Source of the DNA: Mobula hypostoma
Lineage: Eukaryota
NCBI RefSeq assembly: GCF_963921235.1
Contig: NC_086097.1
Location: forward strand, 186,374,001-186,438,000
DNA: 64,000 nucleotides
Direction of reading: 5' to 3'
The stretch's first letter is position 1; each line of letters starts with the position of its first letter. This document shows positions 1 to 11,620 of this stretch, piece after piece. The position numbers and the translations under genes were made by a program. The notes beneath the pieces were generated by a model. That model was not told the origin of the DNA, did not search any database, and saw only the letters and a program-made list of their open reading frames with translations.

Positions 1-3000
1 CTGGGTGGAGGTTGGGAAGTGCCTGCCGTGACGGCCCACACGATCAGGCTGGGTCATCTGAACTCTTCAATGAACGATAGATCCAAGATGAAACTGGACA
101 GCACTCATGGACTCTTCTCCAAGCAACGTGCTTCCCAGTTGACCAGGTTCTGCACACCCCATCCGTGATGTCGTGAATCCATCAGCCGGCAAACTGTGTG
201 CACTGGACCGCCTTGCACTCTCCTTGCTTCTGGAGATGCAGGCTCAGGTGGGCTGAGTGCTCTGTGGACAGGGGGTTTGAGGCAGGGCACGTGGAAGGTA
301 GATGTGATCCTGAGGGACAGTAGCAACTGCAGATGGTAAGTGACTGGATTGAAGTGATGGGTAATCTTAAAGGGGCCAATGAAGTGGGGTAAGAGCTTGT
401 GGGAGTTAGTACGTATGGGCAGATCTTAGGTCAACAGCCAGACAGTCTTCAGGCCAGAATAGTCTGTCTGGCTGCTGTCGATGGTTAGCCTACTGTGCCC
501 TCTTCCAAGCAACCCAGCATTGGCGAACCGGGGCCCTACTGGATGGGACCTCCGTCATTGGCTCCTCTGCTGGGAACAACAGGGGTTAGTAGCCATGAAC
601 CATCTCAAGGGGTGACAGAGGAGGTATGTAGATTACAAAGTTCAGTCCAGAGCAGATACTATACTTCTTCCATGTGAAAGGGTTAGAGGTAATGAAGCAT
701 CACTGAAACTTCTCGACCTGCTGATTGGCTCTTTCTGACTGTCGATTGGTCTGTAGGCTTGATAGCTAGAGGAAGAACTCACTGAGGCGCGATGGAAGGA
801 GCAGAAGGCTCACGTGAAGCAGGAGACGAATTGTGGGTCCCAGCCCAACATAATGTCCTGAGGGATGCTGTCTCAGCAGCAATGAAGTGGGACACCATGG
901 AGAACTAGTCAAGCACTGTCATGATTGCCATGATTCCATCAGAATATGACAAACCAGTGAGGAAATCCATGGAAATGTGGGACCATGGTCATAGAGGTTG
1001 GAGGCATTGGACTGGGCAAATTGAGGGCAGGCAGTGACAAACTAAGGTACATTTGCAGTCATGGTGGCTTACCAGAACCAGCATTGCAGAAAATCCAGAG
1101 TCCATCATGAGTTTGGATGGATGGAGAGGGATGAGGATTAGGTCCACTGAAGTGCTTTAGAGTGCACAACCACCAGCACGTACATGTGGTGTTAGATGTG
1201 TTGGCCAGAGCAGGATTGTGCTGTAGAGCCTGGCGGATCTGGTTCTCGAGGTCCCAGGCGATCGAGGCAAGGATATAGGAGGATGGAATGAAGAGATGAG
1301 GGTCGATCTCCATTTCAGCTGGGTCGAGTTGTTGTGACAGGGCATCTGCTTTAGTGTTCTAGCAGCCAGGTCAATAGGAGAAGGTGAAGTTGAATTGTTT
1401 GAAGAAGAGGGCCCAGCAAGCCTGACGTGAATTGAATGGGTTGGGTTGAATGTTATGAGGTTCTGGTGATCAGTCTAGATCAGAAAGGGTTCGATATTTC
1501 CCATCATCCAATGTCTCCATTCCTCCAAGGCCCGTTAGATGGTGAGTAGCTCCCGTCTCATACTCTATAAAGACACTGCGTAGAATTTGCGTGGGGGGAA
1601 GGCACAATGATATGCCTTCCTGCCCAGTCTTCCCTGGGAGTTGGATGGCCCTGTGCTCACATTAAGTGCGTCCAGCTCTACCACAAAAGGTCCAGAGGGG
1701 TTTAAATGGTGGAGAGTGGAGGTGGTTGAGCTCCTTGAGCTCCTTAAAACCATGATATGCTGCAGCAGATCTGGTTATCCATGAGGTAGATGATTTGGTG
1801 AGTGGAGCAGCGATTTGGCTGTAGTTCTTAATGAAGTTGGAGAAGTTGGGCAAGGAACTCTGTACTGTTTTAGGAAGTGTGGGTGGGGTCATTCAATGAT
1901 GGTGTGCACCCTCTCTGGGTTCATGTTTACTTCTCTGGGGTGAAGGGACATAACCCAGGAAGGAAATGACTGTGTTGTGGAACTGTCATTTTTCTAACTT
2001 GCAGTGGAGTTGGTTTTTGACGATACTTTGGAAAACTTACTGGGCATGATAGATGTGGTCTTGGGGGTCCTTGGACAAAATTGTGATGTTGTTGAGGCAG
2101 ACAAGCACATACTTGTGTAGCATGTCTCAGAAGGTCTTATTGATGAAGGCTTGGAAAATGACTGGACTGTTGAAATGTCCGAAAGGCATCACCAGGTATT
2201 TGTAGTGACCAGAAGGTATAATACAAGGTGTCTTAGACGCATCCCCCAGTTTGGTGAAGATCTGGGCTCTGTGTAGTGTTTCGAATGCACTACTGATCAA
2301 AGAGAAAGGATAGCAGTTCTTGATGATGACTTTGTTGAGTTTGTAGTAGTCGATGCAGGGACGAAACCCCATCTTCCTTTTTGATGAAGAAGAATCCTGC
2401 ACTGACTGGGGATTGGGATGGTCGACTGAAGCTTGGATCTCAGGAGGAGAGAGGGAGAACAGATGACCTTGGGAAGGGGAGGTGCTGAGGGGGAGATTGA
2501 TCACGCAGTTGTGTTGTCTGTGAGATGACAGGATGCTAGTTTCCCTTTTCCTGAAGGTGATGGCTAACTCATGGTATTCCTTTGGGAGTTTGATGAGGTT
2601 GAGCATTTCCTCCATCTCTATGGACGTACGGGGTGAAGTCCAATGCGGTTGCAGGCAGGTGGTCTACCATTTAGGTTCCAAACCCAGCAGTGAACCAGAT
2701 AACCAGGCAATGTTAGTCATACTTGGAAAGTTGGAGTAACCCAGGATGAGAGGAGTGACGGGTGAGTCAATGAGGAGAAATTGAATGGACTCATGGTTCT
2801 GACCATAGCGCAGAAGGTGTGAGAGATAGGCTCAGTAGGGAATCCAAGATGCACACACACAAAATCCAGTCCGAAAAGTTGTCTGCTGCAGCAGAATCCA
2901 CCAGAGCCTCCTATCTGCATCGAGCCATTGGAGTGTGGAGGAGGACAGGGAGACTGAGTCCAGCTATGGCATTGAAATGAGGGGCTGGGGGGTTGGGGTG

Positions 3001-3992
3001 CTCACCAGATACAACACTCCTCATCTCCACATGGTGTCATTTTCCTGGATGCAGTGGCGTTTGATATGTAGGTGATTGGCAGCTCCAAAGTAAGCACACA
3101 AGTTGTTTCTCCTCTGACATTCATATTCTTTTGGGGGGGGGGCGGGGGTGCAGTGGTTAAGGGAGCTCTCCATAAATGCTTGGGGTTTGGAGGCATTGAC
3201 GATGAGGGTCCTGCAATCAGAAAAGGTTCTGGGAATTTGACTGGGGTTCCAGCTGATGATCAGTGGGATCGTTCCATAAGATGCTTGTCGATTCAGAGGG
3301 CCAGAGTGTTGAGGTTATCGAGGTTGGTGGGCATCTCCCCAGTAGACAGCTTGTCTTTCAAGCTTTCTGAGAGGTAGTGGGCCAGCAGAGCTTCTGCATT
3401 CCAGCCGTACTCTGCCGCGTGAGCCCTGAATTTCATGATGTAATCCAGCACTGTCTGTGAACCCTGACACAGGTAAAGTATCAAATCTGCTGCCTCCCAT
3501 CAACTTTCCAGATGACCAAAAACACGGTACATTTAAGCCGTAAAATATTCATATTTATTGCAAATGGTGATTTTATTGTCCCAGATAAGAGCTCACCCAG
3601 TCAAGAGAGAAACGACGAAGGCAATTTTGGCTGGAGCTCAAAGTGTAGGATGCATTGGGATGGGATGGGAAGTTGCAGCCTCGGGTTGGAGATCCTTCAA
3701 AGCATTCAGGCACTGGGATGTAGGGCTCTGAGGGAGGAGGTTGACTGGTGTGGGTCTGCTGTATTGAGAGGGAGAGTTGGTTGAAATTGGAAAGAAGATG
3801 GACAGTGGTTTCCTGCTTCGTCATGATTGTATTTTCCTGTTGACAGATGACCTGCTTTACGTGAGCATACTCTGCAGGGTCAATTTAAAAACACAAACAA
3901 CAGGAATTCTGCAGATGCTGGAAATTCAAGCAACACACATCAAAGTTGCTAGTGAACGCAGCAGGCCAGGCAGCATCTCTAGGAAGAGGTAC

Positions 3993-4028
3993 AGTCGACG
4001 TTTCGGGCCAAGACCCTTCGTCAGGACT
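3993..4028 (-). ncRNA. Minimal type I hammerhead ribozyme motif, intact core
   Basis: Minus strand reads AGTC-CTGACGA-A-GGGT CTTG GCCC-GAAAC-GTC-GACT: CUGANGA and GAAA core boxes, stem II, GUC site, AGTC/GACT stem I. Confidence 0.8.
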
Positions 4029-4381
4029 AACTGAAGGAAGAGCTAGTAAGAGATTTGGCATGAACATCGACTTCTCTAACTTCCGCTAATGCCCCACCTC
4101 CCCCTCGTACCCCATCTGTTACTTATTTTTATACACACATTCTTTCTCTCACTCTCCTTTTTCTCCCTCTGTCCCTCTGAATATACCCCTTGCCCATCCT
4201 CTGGGTTCCCCCCCCTTGTCTTTCTTCCCGAACCTCCTGTCCCATGATCCTCTCGTATCCCTTTTGCCTATCACCTGTCCAGCTCTTGGCTCCATCCCTC
4301 CCCCTCCTGTCTTCTCCTATCATTTTGGATCTCCCCCTCCCCCTCCAACTTTCAAATCTCTTACTAACTCTTCCTTCAGTT

Positions 4382-4417
4382 AGTCCTGACGAAGGGTCTC
4401 GGCCTGAAACGTCGACT
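4382..4417 (+). ncRNA. Minimal type I hammerhead ribozyme motif, intact core
   Basis: AGTC-CTGACGA-AGGGTCTCGGCCT-GAAAC-GTC-GACT. Confidence 0.8.
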
Positions 4418-4510
4418 GCACCTCTTCCTAGAGATGCTGCCTGGCCTGCTGCGTTCACCAGCAACTTTGATGTGTGTTGTCTGCAGGGTCAATTGTGGGC
4501 TCACTCTTCC

Positions 4511-4923
4511 TGTCAGGGAAATATAGAGAAGGTTTGAGGAGTAGAAACAATTTAGCAGTAAATGATATTTATTAATAAACTGCAAAATAACAAGCTATGC
4601 GGGGCCATGAAGCAAAAGAAAATAATTGCTTAAAATGACAAGGCAACAAGGTAACTGAAGGCTAGGAGCAACTGGTTGAGGCTAGCTCATTCATATGAGT
4701 GAACAAGGGTTGTGGCTGCTGAAGGTTTTCGGCCCAAAACGTCAACTTTACTTCTTTCCATAGATGCTGGCCTGCTGAGTTCCTCCAGATTTTGTGTCTG
4801 TTGTAAGGATTGTGGGTGAGAGCTGGGTTTAAATGAGCTGTAGAAATGATTTAGAAGGAAGCGGCAGGAAACTCCTGTTAGCTGGGTGGAGACTGGGTGG
4901 TACCTGCCTGTGCAGGCCTGGCA
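4511..4923 (-). repeat. 5' LTR of the chromovirus
   Basis: TGTCAGG...CCTGGCA termini, TTTAAA at 4828-4833, AATAAA, located just upstream of the MDPA-like gag start (ATTGACCCTGCAG on minus). Confidence 0.65.
4716..4804 (+). mobile_element. Short Penelope pLTR remnant nested in the LTR
   Basis: Degenerate hammerhead motif CTGCTGAAGG...CCCAAAACGTC; 11-bp TSD AAGGGTTGTGG/AAGGATTGTGG (4705-4715, 4805-4815). Confidence 0.7.
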
Positions 4924-5696
4924 CTCAAGCAGTAAAATTTAAACAAAATTTTATTTTCAGCTTTACCTCCATGTTGTATGCAGTATGTTGTATGAGGTAG
5001 AATGATGTTATAAACAGAAGATACCCATCAAAGCCAAATGTATGAAACAAAATGATTCAAAATTTATCTGGATTGAGAGTATAGTTACTTGAAATGTTTT
5101 AGTTTACATACTGATTAATGTTGGAACTATCTCCTTATACTATATTCATATTACATACTTTGATTGATTTGCTTTAGAGCAGAATTTTAATTACTTAACT
5201 GGCACACAAGCTGTAGTTTAAATGTCACAGCCACTGGCACCACTTGATGCAGCTTCATTTTCTACTGTCTCAAACAGACAGATGTAGGTTTTCCCAATAT
5301 GACTGAAAATGCTGGAAATACTCAATGGGTTAGGCAGCATCTACTGAGTGTCTCCAGCACATTCTGCTTTTATTCCGTTTTCCAGACTGCAGTTTTTAAA
5401 AATCATCCTCACTGCAAAAAAAAATTCAGAAAATGTCGTGTGCAGCCTGCAAGTAACACTGAAAATAAAATTTTAAGTGTAACTGTTTGAGATAATTTCC
5501 ATTCCGAAGTATTTTTAAAGCTTGTTAGTTTCTGAAACTTTTCCTGAGGTTTGTACTTTTGCTTTTCATGACTTACTATCTGTTTCAAGTTTGAAATTCT
5601 TTTGCCTTCTATTGACCTTATTAATGGCAGTTCCAATTGGTAACAATAATAGACAATCAGATACGCTGAAATACTGAAAACTGAGAACTAAAATTC

Positions 5697-6310
5697 TTGC
5701 AACACACATCAAAGTTGCTGGTGAACGCAGCAGGCCAGGCAGCATCTCTAGGAAGAGGTACAGTCGACGTTTCAGGCCGAGACCCTTCGTCAGGACTAAC
5801 TGAAGGAAGAGTTAGTAAGAGATTTAAAAGTGGGAGGGGGAGGGGGAGATCCAAAATGATAGGAGAAGACAGGAGGGGGAGGGATGGAGCCAAGAGATGG
5901 ACAGGTGATTGGCAAAGGGGATATGAGAGGTTCATGGGACAGGAGACCCAGGGAGAAGGAAAAGGGGGAGGGGGGAGAAAGCCGAGAGGATGGGCAAGGG
6001 ATATAGTCAAAGGGACAGATGGAGAAAAAGGAGAGTGAGAGAAAGAATGTGTGTATATAAGTAACGGATGAGGTACGAGGGGGAGGTGGGGCATTAGCGG
6101 AAGTTAGAGAAGTCAATGTTCATGCCATCAGGTTGGAGGCTACCCAGATGGAATATAAGGTGTTGTTCCTCCAACCTAAGTGTGGCTTCATCTTTACAGT
6201 AGAGGAGGCCATGGATAGACATGTCAGAATGGGAATGGGATATGGAATTAAAATGTGTGGCCACTGGGAGATCCTGCTTTCTCTGGCGGACACAGAGAAA
6301 GCAGGATCTC
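5697..6310 (-). mobile_element. Penelope-like element 3' part (GIY-YIG C-terminus plus pLTR)
   Basis: Near-identical to the reverse complement of 40176-40763; intact hammerhead core at 5762-5797. Confidence 0.9.
5762..5797 (-). ncRNA. Minimal type I hammerhead ribozyme motif, intact core
   Basis: Reverse complement is AGTCCTGACGAAGGGTCTCGGCCTGAAACGTCGACT. Confidence 0.8.
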
Positions 6311-6659
6311 GTTGAAGTTCATATTAGTGAAGCTGCCTTTAGACAAAAACAATCATAACAATTTATACTGATCTACAATGAATCTTCACTAGATATCACA
6401 ATACATAATTGCCAAAATAGGTGTGCCTTATTCTTCTTTCTCTGTAAAGTTATTTAGAATCTGAAAGGGAAAATATAAACTTAGCACCCCAATAGGAAAA
6501 TATGAATGCATATATGTATTTTAACAATGCAAGGATCTATTGAAATAAATGAATGTGGATCATATATGGCAGAATGTTACATTTCAGTAGTGGAAGTGCA
6601 ATGTTGAAATGTGATATCAATTGTTATATCAAATACATAGCCCAAAGCTGTTTGATTTG

Positions 6660-6905
6660 CAACCACCACAGAGTGGAAGGTCTCTGGAATGCATTGCTTG
6701 TGTTGGTAGAGGCAGAAACACTAGGGACTATTAAGAGATGTTTAAATAGACATATGAATGAGAGGAAAATGGAAGGTTATGGACATTGTGGAGGCAGAAG
6801 AAATTAATTTAGTTTGGCTTTTGATTACTAATTTAGTTGATTTGGCCCAACACTGTGGGCCAAAGGGCCTGTTCCTGTGCTGTGCTGTTCTCTGTTCTGT
6901 GTTCT
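6660..6905 (+). mobile_element. CR1 LINE 3' fragment
   Basis: HRVEGLWNAL...VEAETLGTIKRCLNRHM followed by a GGGCCAAAGGGCCTGTT hairpin region and TTCT-rich tail. Confidence 0.8.
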
Positions 6906-6906
6906 A

Positions 6907-7830
6907 GAAACACAGAAACATCGAAAACCTACAGCACAATACAGGACCTTCGGCCCACAAAGTTGTGCCGAACATGTCCCTACCCTAGAAATTACTAGGC
7001 TTACCTACAGCCCTCTATTTTTCAAAGCTCCATGTACCTATCCAAAAGTCTCTTAAAAGAACCTATTGTATCCGCCTCCACGACCATGGCTGGCAGCCCA
7101 CTCCATGCACTCACCAGTCTCTGAGTAAAAAACTTACCCCTGACATCTCCTCTGTACCTACTCCCCAGCACCTTAAAACTGTGTCCTCTTGTGGCAACCA
7201 TTTCAGCCCTGGGAAAAAGCCTCTGACTATCCACACGATCAATGCCTCTCAATATCTTATACACCTCTATCAGGTCACCTCTCATCCTCCATCGCTCCAA
7301 GGGGAAAAGGCTGAGTTCACTCAATCTATCCTCATAAGACATGCTCCCCAATCCAGGCAACATCCTTGTAAATCTCCTCTGCACCCTTTCTATGGCTTCC
7401 ACATCCTTCCTGTAGTGAGGAGACCAGAACTGAACACAGTACTCCAAGTGGCGTCTGACCAGGGTCCTATATAGCTGCAACATTACCTCTCGACTCTTAA
7501 ATTCAATTCCACGGTTGATGAAGGCCAATATACCGTATGCCTTCTTAACCACAGTGTCAACCTGCGCAGCAGCTTTGAGTGTCCTATGGACTCAGACCCC
7601 AAGATCCCTCTGATACTCCACACTGCCAAGAGTCTTACCATTAATACCATATTCTTTCTTTTCAAATCTTTTTTATTGTTATGTTATACAGGAAAAATAA
7701 CATGAGTACATTGAAGTAACAACACCTACAATGTCTCAAAAAAGACATTATCTTAAAGATTGAAAAAAAAACATATTCTGCCATCATAGTTCACCTACCA
7801 AAATGAACCACCTCACACTTATATTCTATG
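6907..7830 (-). mobile_element. CR1 LINE 3' fragment (ORF2 C-terminus)
   Basis: ORF 7022-7552 contains LQLYRTLVRRHLEYCVQFWSP and RGDLIEVYKI; CR1 tail. Confidence 0.93.
7656..7771 (-). mobile_element. Short 5'-truncated non-LTR (L1/Tx1-like) 3' end nested in CR1
   Basis: 8-bp TSD CATATTCT (7648-7655, 7772-7779); minus strand ends AATAAAAAAGATTTGAAAAGAA. Confidence 0.55.
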
Positions 7831-8847
7831 TTCTAACACCAGAGAGATCCTTGCATCAAAGCTTCAGCTACCAGTTACTTTATCTCTATGACGGAATATA
7901 ATCATTGTAACACACTATAATGTTTGATGTTGCACCTCACCTGAACTAAGACAGTTTTGTGTCAGCCTATGATCTAAACGTGGGAGGTGTATAAAGAAGT
8001 CAAAAGCATTATATGAATAACCTTCCCAATAAAGTAGAAATAGTATTGGAACAAGTTGGGATATTTAACTTTGTAATAATTTGTATCAAGTCAAACCTGA
8101 CTTAAATGACAGTGGTACAGTACTGATATCTTTCATATACAGACTTAACTTATATTATAATTACTGTATATTTTGCCCGATTTTTTTCAACACTATAAAC
8201 GAATGCAATGAAGATTGTTTATTGTTCTTCTCTAATTATAAAATCCATGTAAAACAAGTTTCTTTCATAACAGAATGATAAAGTATGCATTTAATACACC
8301 AGAAGCACATAAAATGTTTATTTGTTAATGCATTTTATCATTTATGCATCCGTTACCATATATTGAGGAGAAAATACCCAAATCGTTGGTAATTTTATTT
8401 TCCCAAACTGTAAAGTAATATATTGCCTTTAAATATAAAGCTACTGTGAGTGGCATTGGACAATTATTATGCAGAAAATCTAATTATAAGACTTAACAAT
8501 TTCAAACCCTATCCCATCTATTTTTGTAAGTCTCAATTAGATCATATCTTATTGCTGTAGAATTACTTGAAGCAATATAATTCATCTGATACTTTAACAA
8601 CATTGAATAAATATTTAAACTTAATTGATATGTCAAGTATTGCTATTGAGTATTACAAACTGGTCCCATAGCAGTTAAATTACATTGAAGCAGAAATTGC
8701 TGAAGTGAGACACTGTGTGTTGAGTGCAGTGAATTGGATGTTTCACCATGATCCCCAATGTTAACCGACAGGTTGCTGAAAATACCAAATGATAATGGTG
8801 CAGTTTGATCTTACAGATATAGAGTATCGGTAACAGCAGAGTGAAGG

Positions 8848-9064
8848 TGTGGTGTATGTAGTATTTCAGTAATACTGTATGTATATTTGATTAAGCATTT
8901 GTCTACTAATTCATTATGTGTTATATGTAAGAAATACATAAATGACGTTCGCCATGATGGCACACGTCACATGGGTGGCTTCATAAAGGAAATCTAAGTT
9001 CACAAGTATTCTGGGTTGCCGAGTTTTTTCTTTCAGTTAGCTTCTGGAGTTACAGAACATAACA
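8848..9064 (+). repeat. Solo LTR related to the LTRs of the 12116-15064 element
   Basis: TG...CA termini; shares TATTTCAGTAAT, TTGATTAAGCATT and GGAGTT...AACATAACA with 12116-12342; flanked by an AAGG direct repeat. Confidence 0.75.
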
Positions 9065-9106
9065 AAGGGCTGACAAAGCTTCTAGAGATTTCCTGGAGTA
9101 TATGAC

Positions 9107-9285
9107 GAATAAACTTTTCTTGGGTTTCCAGCCTGGTACAAGTATCGATTATAACTGACGTTTCAATGACAAACTCTGCCATTTTCATCAGGTATCACCC
9201 CTGATCAAGATGGCAGAGTTCGTCATCAAAACACTGGTTTTAATTGTTATCTGTATCCAGCTAGAAGGCTGAAAAGTGTTTATTC
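9107..9285. repeat. Imperfect 179-bp palindrome made of two divergently oriented hammerhead-bearing arms (probable Penelope-derived hairpin)
   Basis: GAATAAAC...GTTTATTC termini, centre about 9192-9200. Minus arm CTGATGA-AAATGGCAGAGTTTGTCATT-GAAACGTC; plus arm CTGATCA-AGATGGCAGAGTTCGTCATC-AAAACAC. Confidence 0.75.
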
Positions 9286-9584
9286 ACAACAGAAGGATAT
9301 TTCAGCTCTTGAGTTTGGGCTATTCTTGTTCATCCATGGCACCATAGGGAAACCCAGTTTTAACCTGCCATTTCTTCATCGAGTGTGTCCCACGGTGTAA
9401 CTAACTGCCTTTGATATTACTTTACCATCTTCATGTTCATTGACTGGTGGAATGTCTAGTTTTATTCTTTCTCTGCTTCAATGTAACAGTTATATTACCA
9501 CTCAGAACTCTGGGATTACATAAACCAGAAATATCGCATTAGATCAAGAAGTCATCACCACCATTTCAAGGACAATTAAGCTGC

Positions 9585-9975
9585 AGGGGGATCTCATTGA
9601 AATCTATTGAATATTGAAAGGCTTAGAGTGCACTTGGAGAGGCTGTTTCCAATTATATGGGAGTCTAGGACCTGAAGGCACAAACCTCAGAATAGAAGAA
9701 TGTCCCTTTAGAACAGAGATGAGGAGGAATCTCTTGAGCCAGAGGGTGATGGAACCGTAGAATTAATTGAAACAGATGACTGTGGAGGCCAAGTCTTTGT
9801 GTATACTTAAAAAGGGGGTTAATAGGTTCTTGATTAATAATAGTTTCCAAGGTTATGGCGAGAAGTCAGGAGAATGAGGTTGAGTGGGAAAATAAATCAG
9901 CTATGATGGAATGGCAGAGCAGACTCGAAGGGCCGAATGACCTAATCCTGCTCCTATGTCTTTTGGTCTTATGTT
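9585..9975 (+). mobile_element. CR1 LINE 3' fragment
   Basis: GGGGGATCTCATTGAAA, AGAACAGAGATGAGGAGGAAT, tail CCTATGTCTTTTGGTCTTATG. Confidence 0.8.
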
Positions 9976-10444
9976 TCATAAAGTTAATATACTGATGGAC
10001 ATCTAGAAGTATAAGACTCAAGGTTTAGGACTCTAGAATGAATTCACTTAATGCCATCATAGTAGCACCCACCATGGTCAGATTTATTTAAGAATAATAA
10101 ACTATTATAAATAGTATTAATAAGCTATGGTCCATTTCAGTGTATGGTTGCCCTATTATTGTTTTGATCATTATTGCAGTTACTACACGTACCAAGGTGA
10201 ACCATAGGCTATTTACACAGCTATGATAATAAGGTTGATGATGAACAAGCAAGCAGTTTTCAGGATGGGCATTGCTATGGTAAGGGAGGCCAGGGTTAAA
10301 ACCATATAACGTTATCATAGTAACTTAGTAACAAATAAGTAACCAGGATGAGTTTTAAGAATAATCCTAAATACTACTAAATCCAATCCCAAAGGATCTC
10401 CAGCACAGTACAAATATGAGGCTGATTGTGAAGATAAGGCTTGG

Positions 10445-10665
10445 ATAGAGTGGTGGGAGTATGGAATGAGCTGCCAGACGAGGTGGTAAATGTGGGTTCT
10501 TTTTTAAAATTTAAGAGTAAATTGGACAGATACATGGATGGGAGGTGTATGGAGGGATATTGTCTGTGTGCAGGTCAGTGGGACTAGGCAGAAAATAGTT
10601 CGGCATAGCCAAGAAGGGCCAAAAGGCCTGTTTCTGTGCTGTAGTTTTTCTATGGTTTCTATGGA
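10445..10665 (+). mobile_element. CR1 LINE 3' fragment
   Basis: RVVGVWNELPDEVV...FKSKLDRYMD plus GGGCCAAAAGGCCTGTT and TTCTATG tail. Confidence 0.75.
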
Positions 10666-10669
10666 TATG

Positions 10670-10922
10670 CTGTTACCTTAGCAGTTAACATAACACTATT
10701 ACATCATGTGAGACTGGTGTTCAGTTCCACTGCTACCTGTAAGGAGTTTGTACATTCTCCCCATGACCATAAGGGTTTCCTCCAGGTGCTTCAGTTTCCT
10801 CCCACAGTCCAAGGCTAGGAGGTTTATTGGACACATGGGCTAACTGGGCAGCATGGGTTCATAATATGGTAACAGGAACCAGGACCAGAAGTGCTTGTTA
10901 CCATGCTGTATCTCTAAATAAA
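10670..10922 (+). mobile_element. V-domain SINE
   Basis: GGGTTTCCTCCAGGTGCTTCAGTTTCCTCCCACAGTCCAA V-core after a degenerate tRNA-like head. Confidence 0.75.
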
Positions 10923-11199
10923 ATTTTTTTAAAAACACTTGAATGTGCACAGACGGATGTAGTTCACCCAAGGACAAATAAAGATAACTGTGTCTCCCTG
11001 CATTTCCAGGCAAGAATGTATCTAAATAATGGACACAGTAAGGAAAATTTATTACTTGGGATTGAGCTGGCTAGGGAAGATAAATCAGAACACATAAAAA
11101 CAAAGATAAGTATGTTTTGGGGTACCAGAGAAGTTGAGTGTATCATACAGCAAAGCCACACCAGAGTTTAGAGACTACACCAAGTACATTACAAGCACT

Positions 11200-11620
11200 T
11201 TGCAACTCAGATTGTGGAAATGCAACAGTTAAACATGACTGATTATTCATCACAACCAAGAATAGGAGGAATCATTTAATATTTGAAAGAGGTACAATTC
11301 TGAGCAGTTGTGCAGTTTTGCAGATTTGTTTGTGAAATCCTGAGGGAATGGCTACTATGTTAGGTAGTCTTAACTCTAAAATGATGCATGCGAATGTGTG
11401 AACCTTTTGAGATATATAAAAACAACCAAGAAATGTTGAAAGTCCAGCAGAGGATTGTCATGTGATAAAGCACAAGGGACAAAACATACATTTTGCAAGT
11501 AGTGTGGACAGAAAATTGCATAAGTGAGAAAGTTAGTCTCTGCATTTGAAAAAAAGCTTTGTACGGTGAAGGTCAGAAAATTATTTTCCTTGCAATGCAC
11601 AATGAAAAAGATGTCAAAAG
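11200..11620 (+). mobile_element. Very old Gypsy gag relic
   Basis: Scattered translations HHNQE*EESF, EILREWLLC and CK*CGQK...SAFEKKLC resemble gag RNQEEGES / IRDRLVCG / zinc-knuckle motifs. Confidence 0.3.

Larger units (their letters stand above)
3886..4479. mobile_element. Penelope-like element pLTR insertion with inverted arrangement
   Basis: 15-bp TSD TCTGCAGGGTCAATT (3871-3885, 4480-4494). About 3926-4057 is the reverse complement of about 4354-4479. The right part begins with the GIY-YIG ORF end (MNIDFSNFR*) also seen at 40344-40373. Confidence 0.9.
1..4923 (-). mobile_element. Degenerate Gypsy/Ty3 chromovirus (sushi-like) LTR retrotransposon; 3' end runs off the window
   Basis: Minus-strand fragments in order: gag (PYIPVPECFEGSP 3573-3824; LCQGSQTVLDYIMKFRAHAAEYGWN 3293-3484), RT (FRPCIDYYKLNK...YLVMPFG 2127-2615), RNase H (PFVVELDA 1565-1753), integrase, chromodomain (TFHVPCLKP...GPVHTVCRLMDSR...VQNLVNWE 105-326). 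Many stops and frameshifts. Confidence 0.9.

Noticed and set aside
3293..3824. Gag similarity to domesticated RTL1/PEG10-type genes
   Set aside because: Frameshifts and stops, a disrupted start and an intact LTR context indicate a dead retrotransposon, not a domesticated gene.
4129..4537. Recurring ~110-aa ORFs (MLVNAAGQAAS... / ...PSVSPDEGSRPETST...) that look like a gene family
   Set aside because: They are translations of the non-coding Penelope pLTR in both orientations; the PDEGSRPET peptide is the hammerhead motif read as codons.
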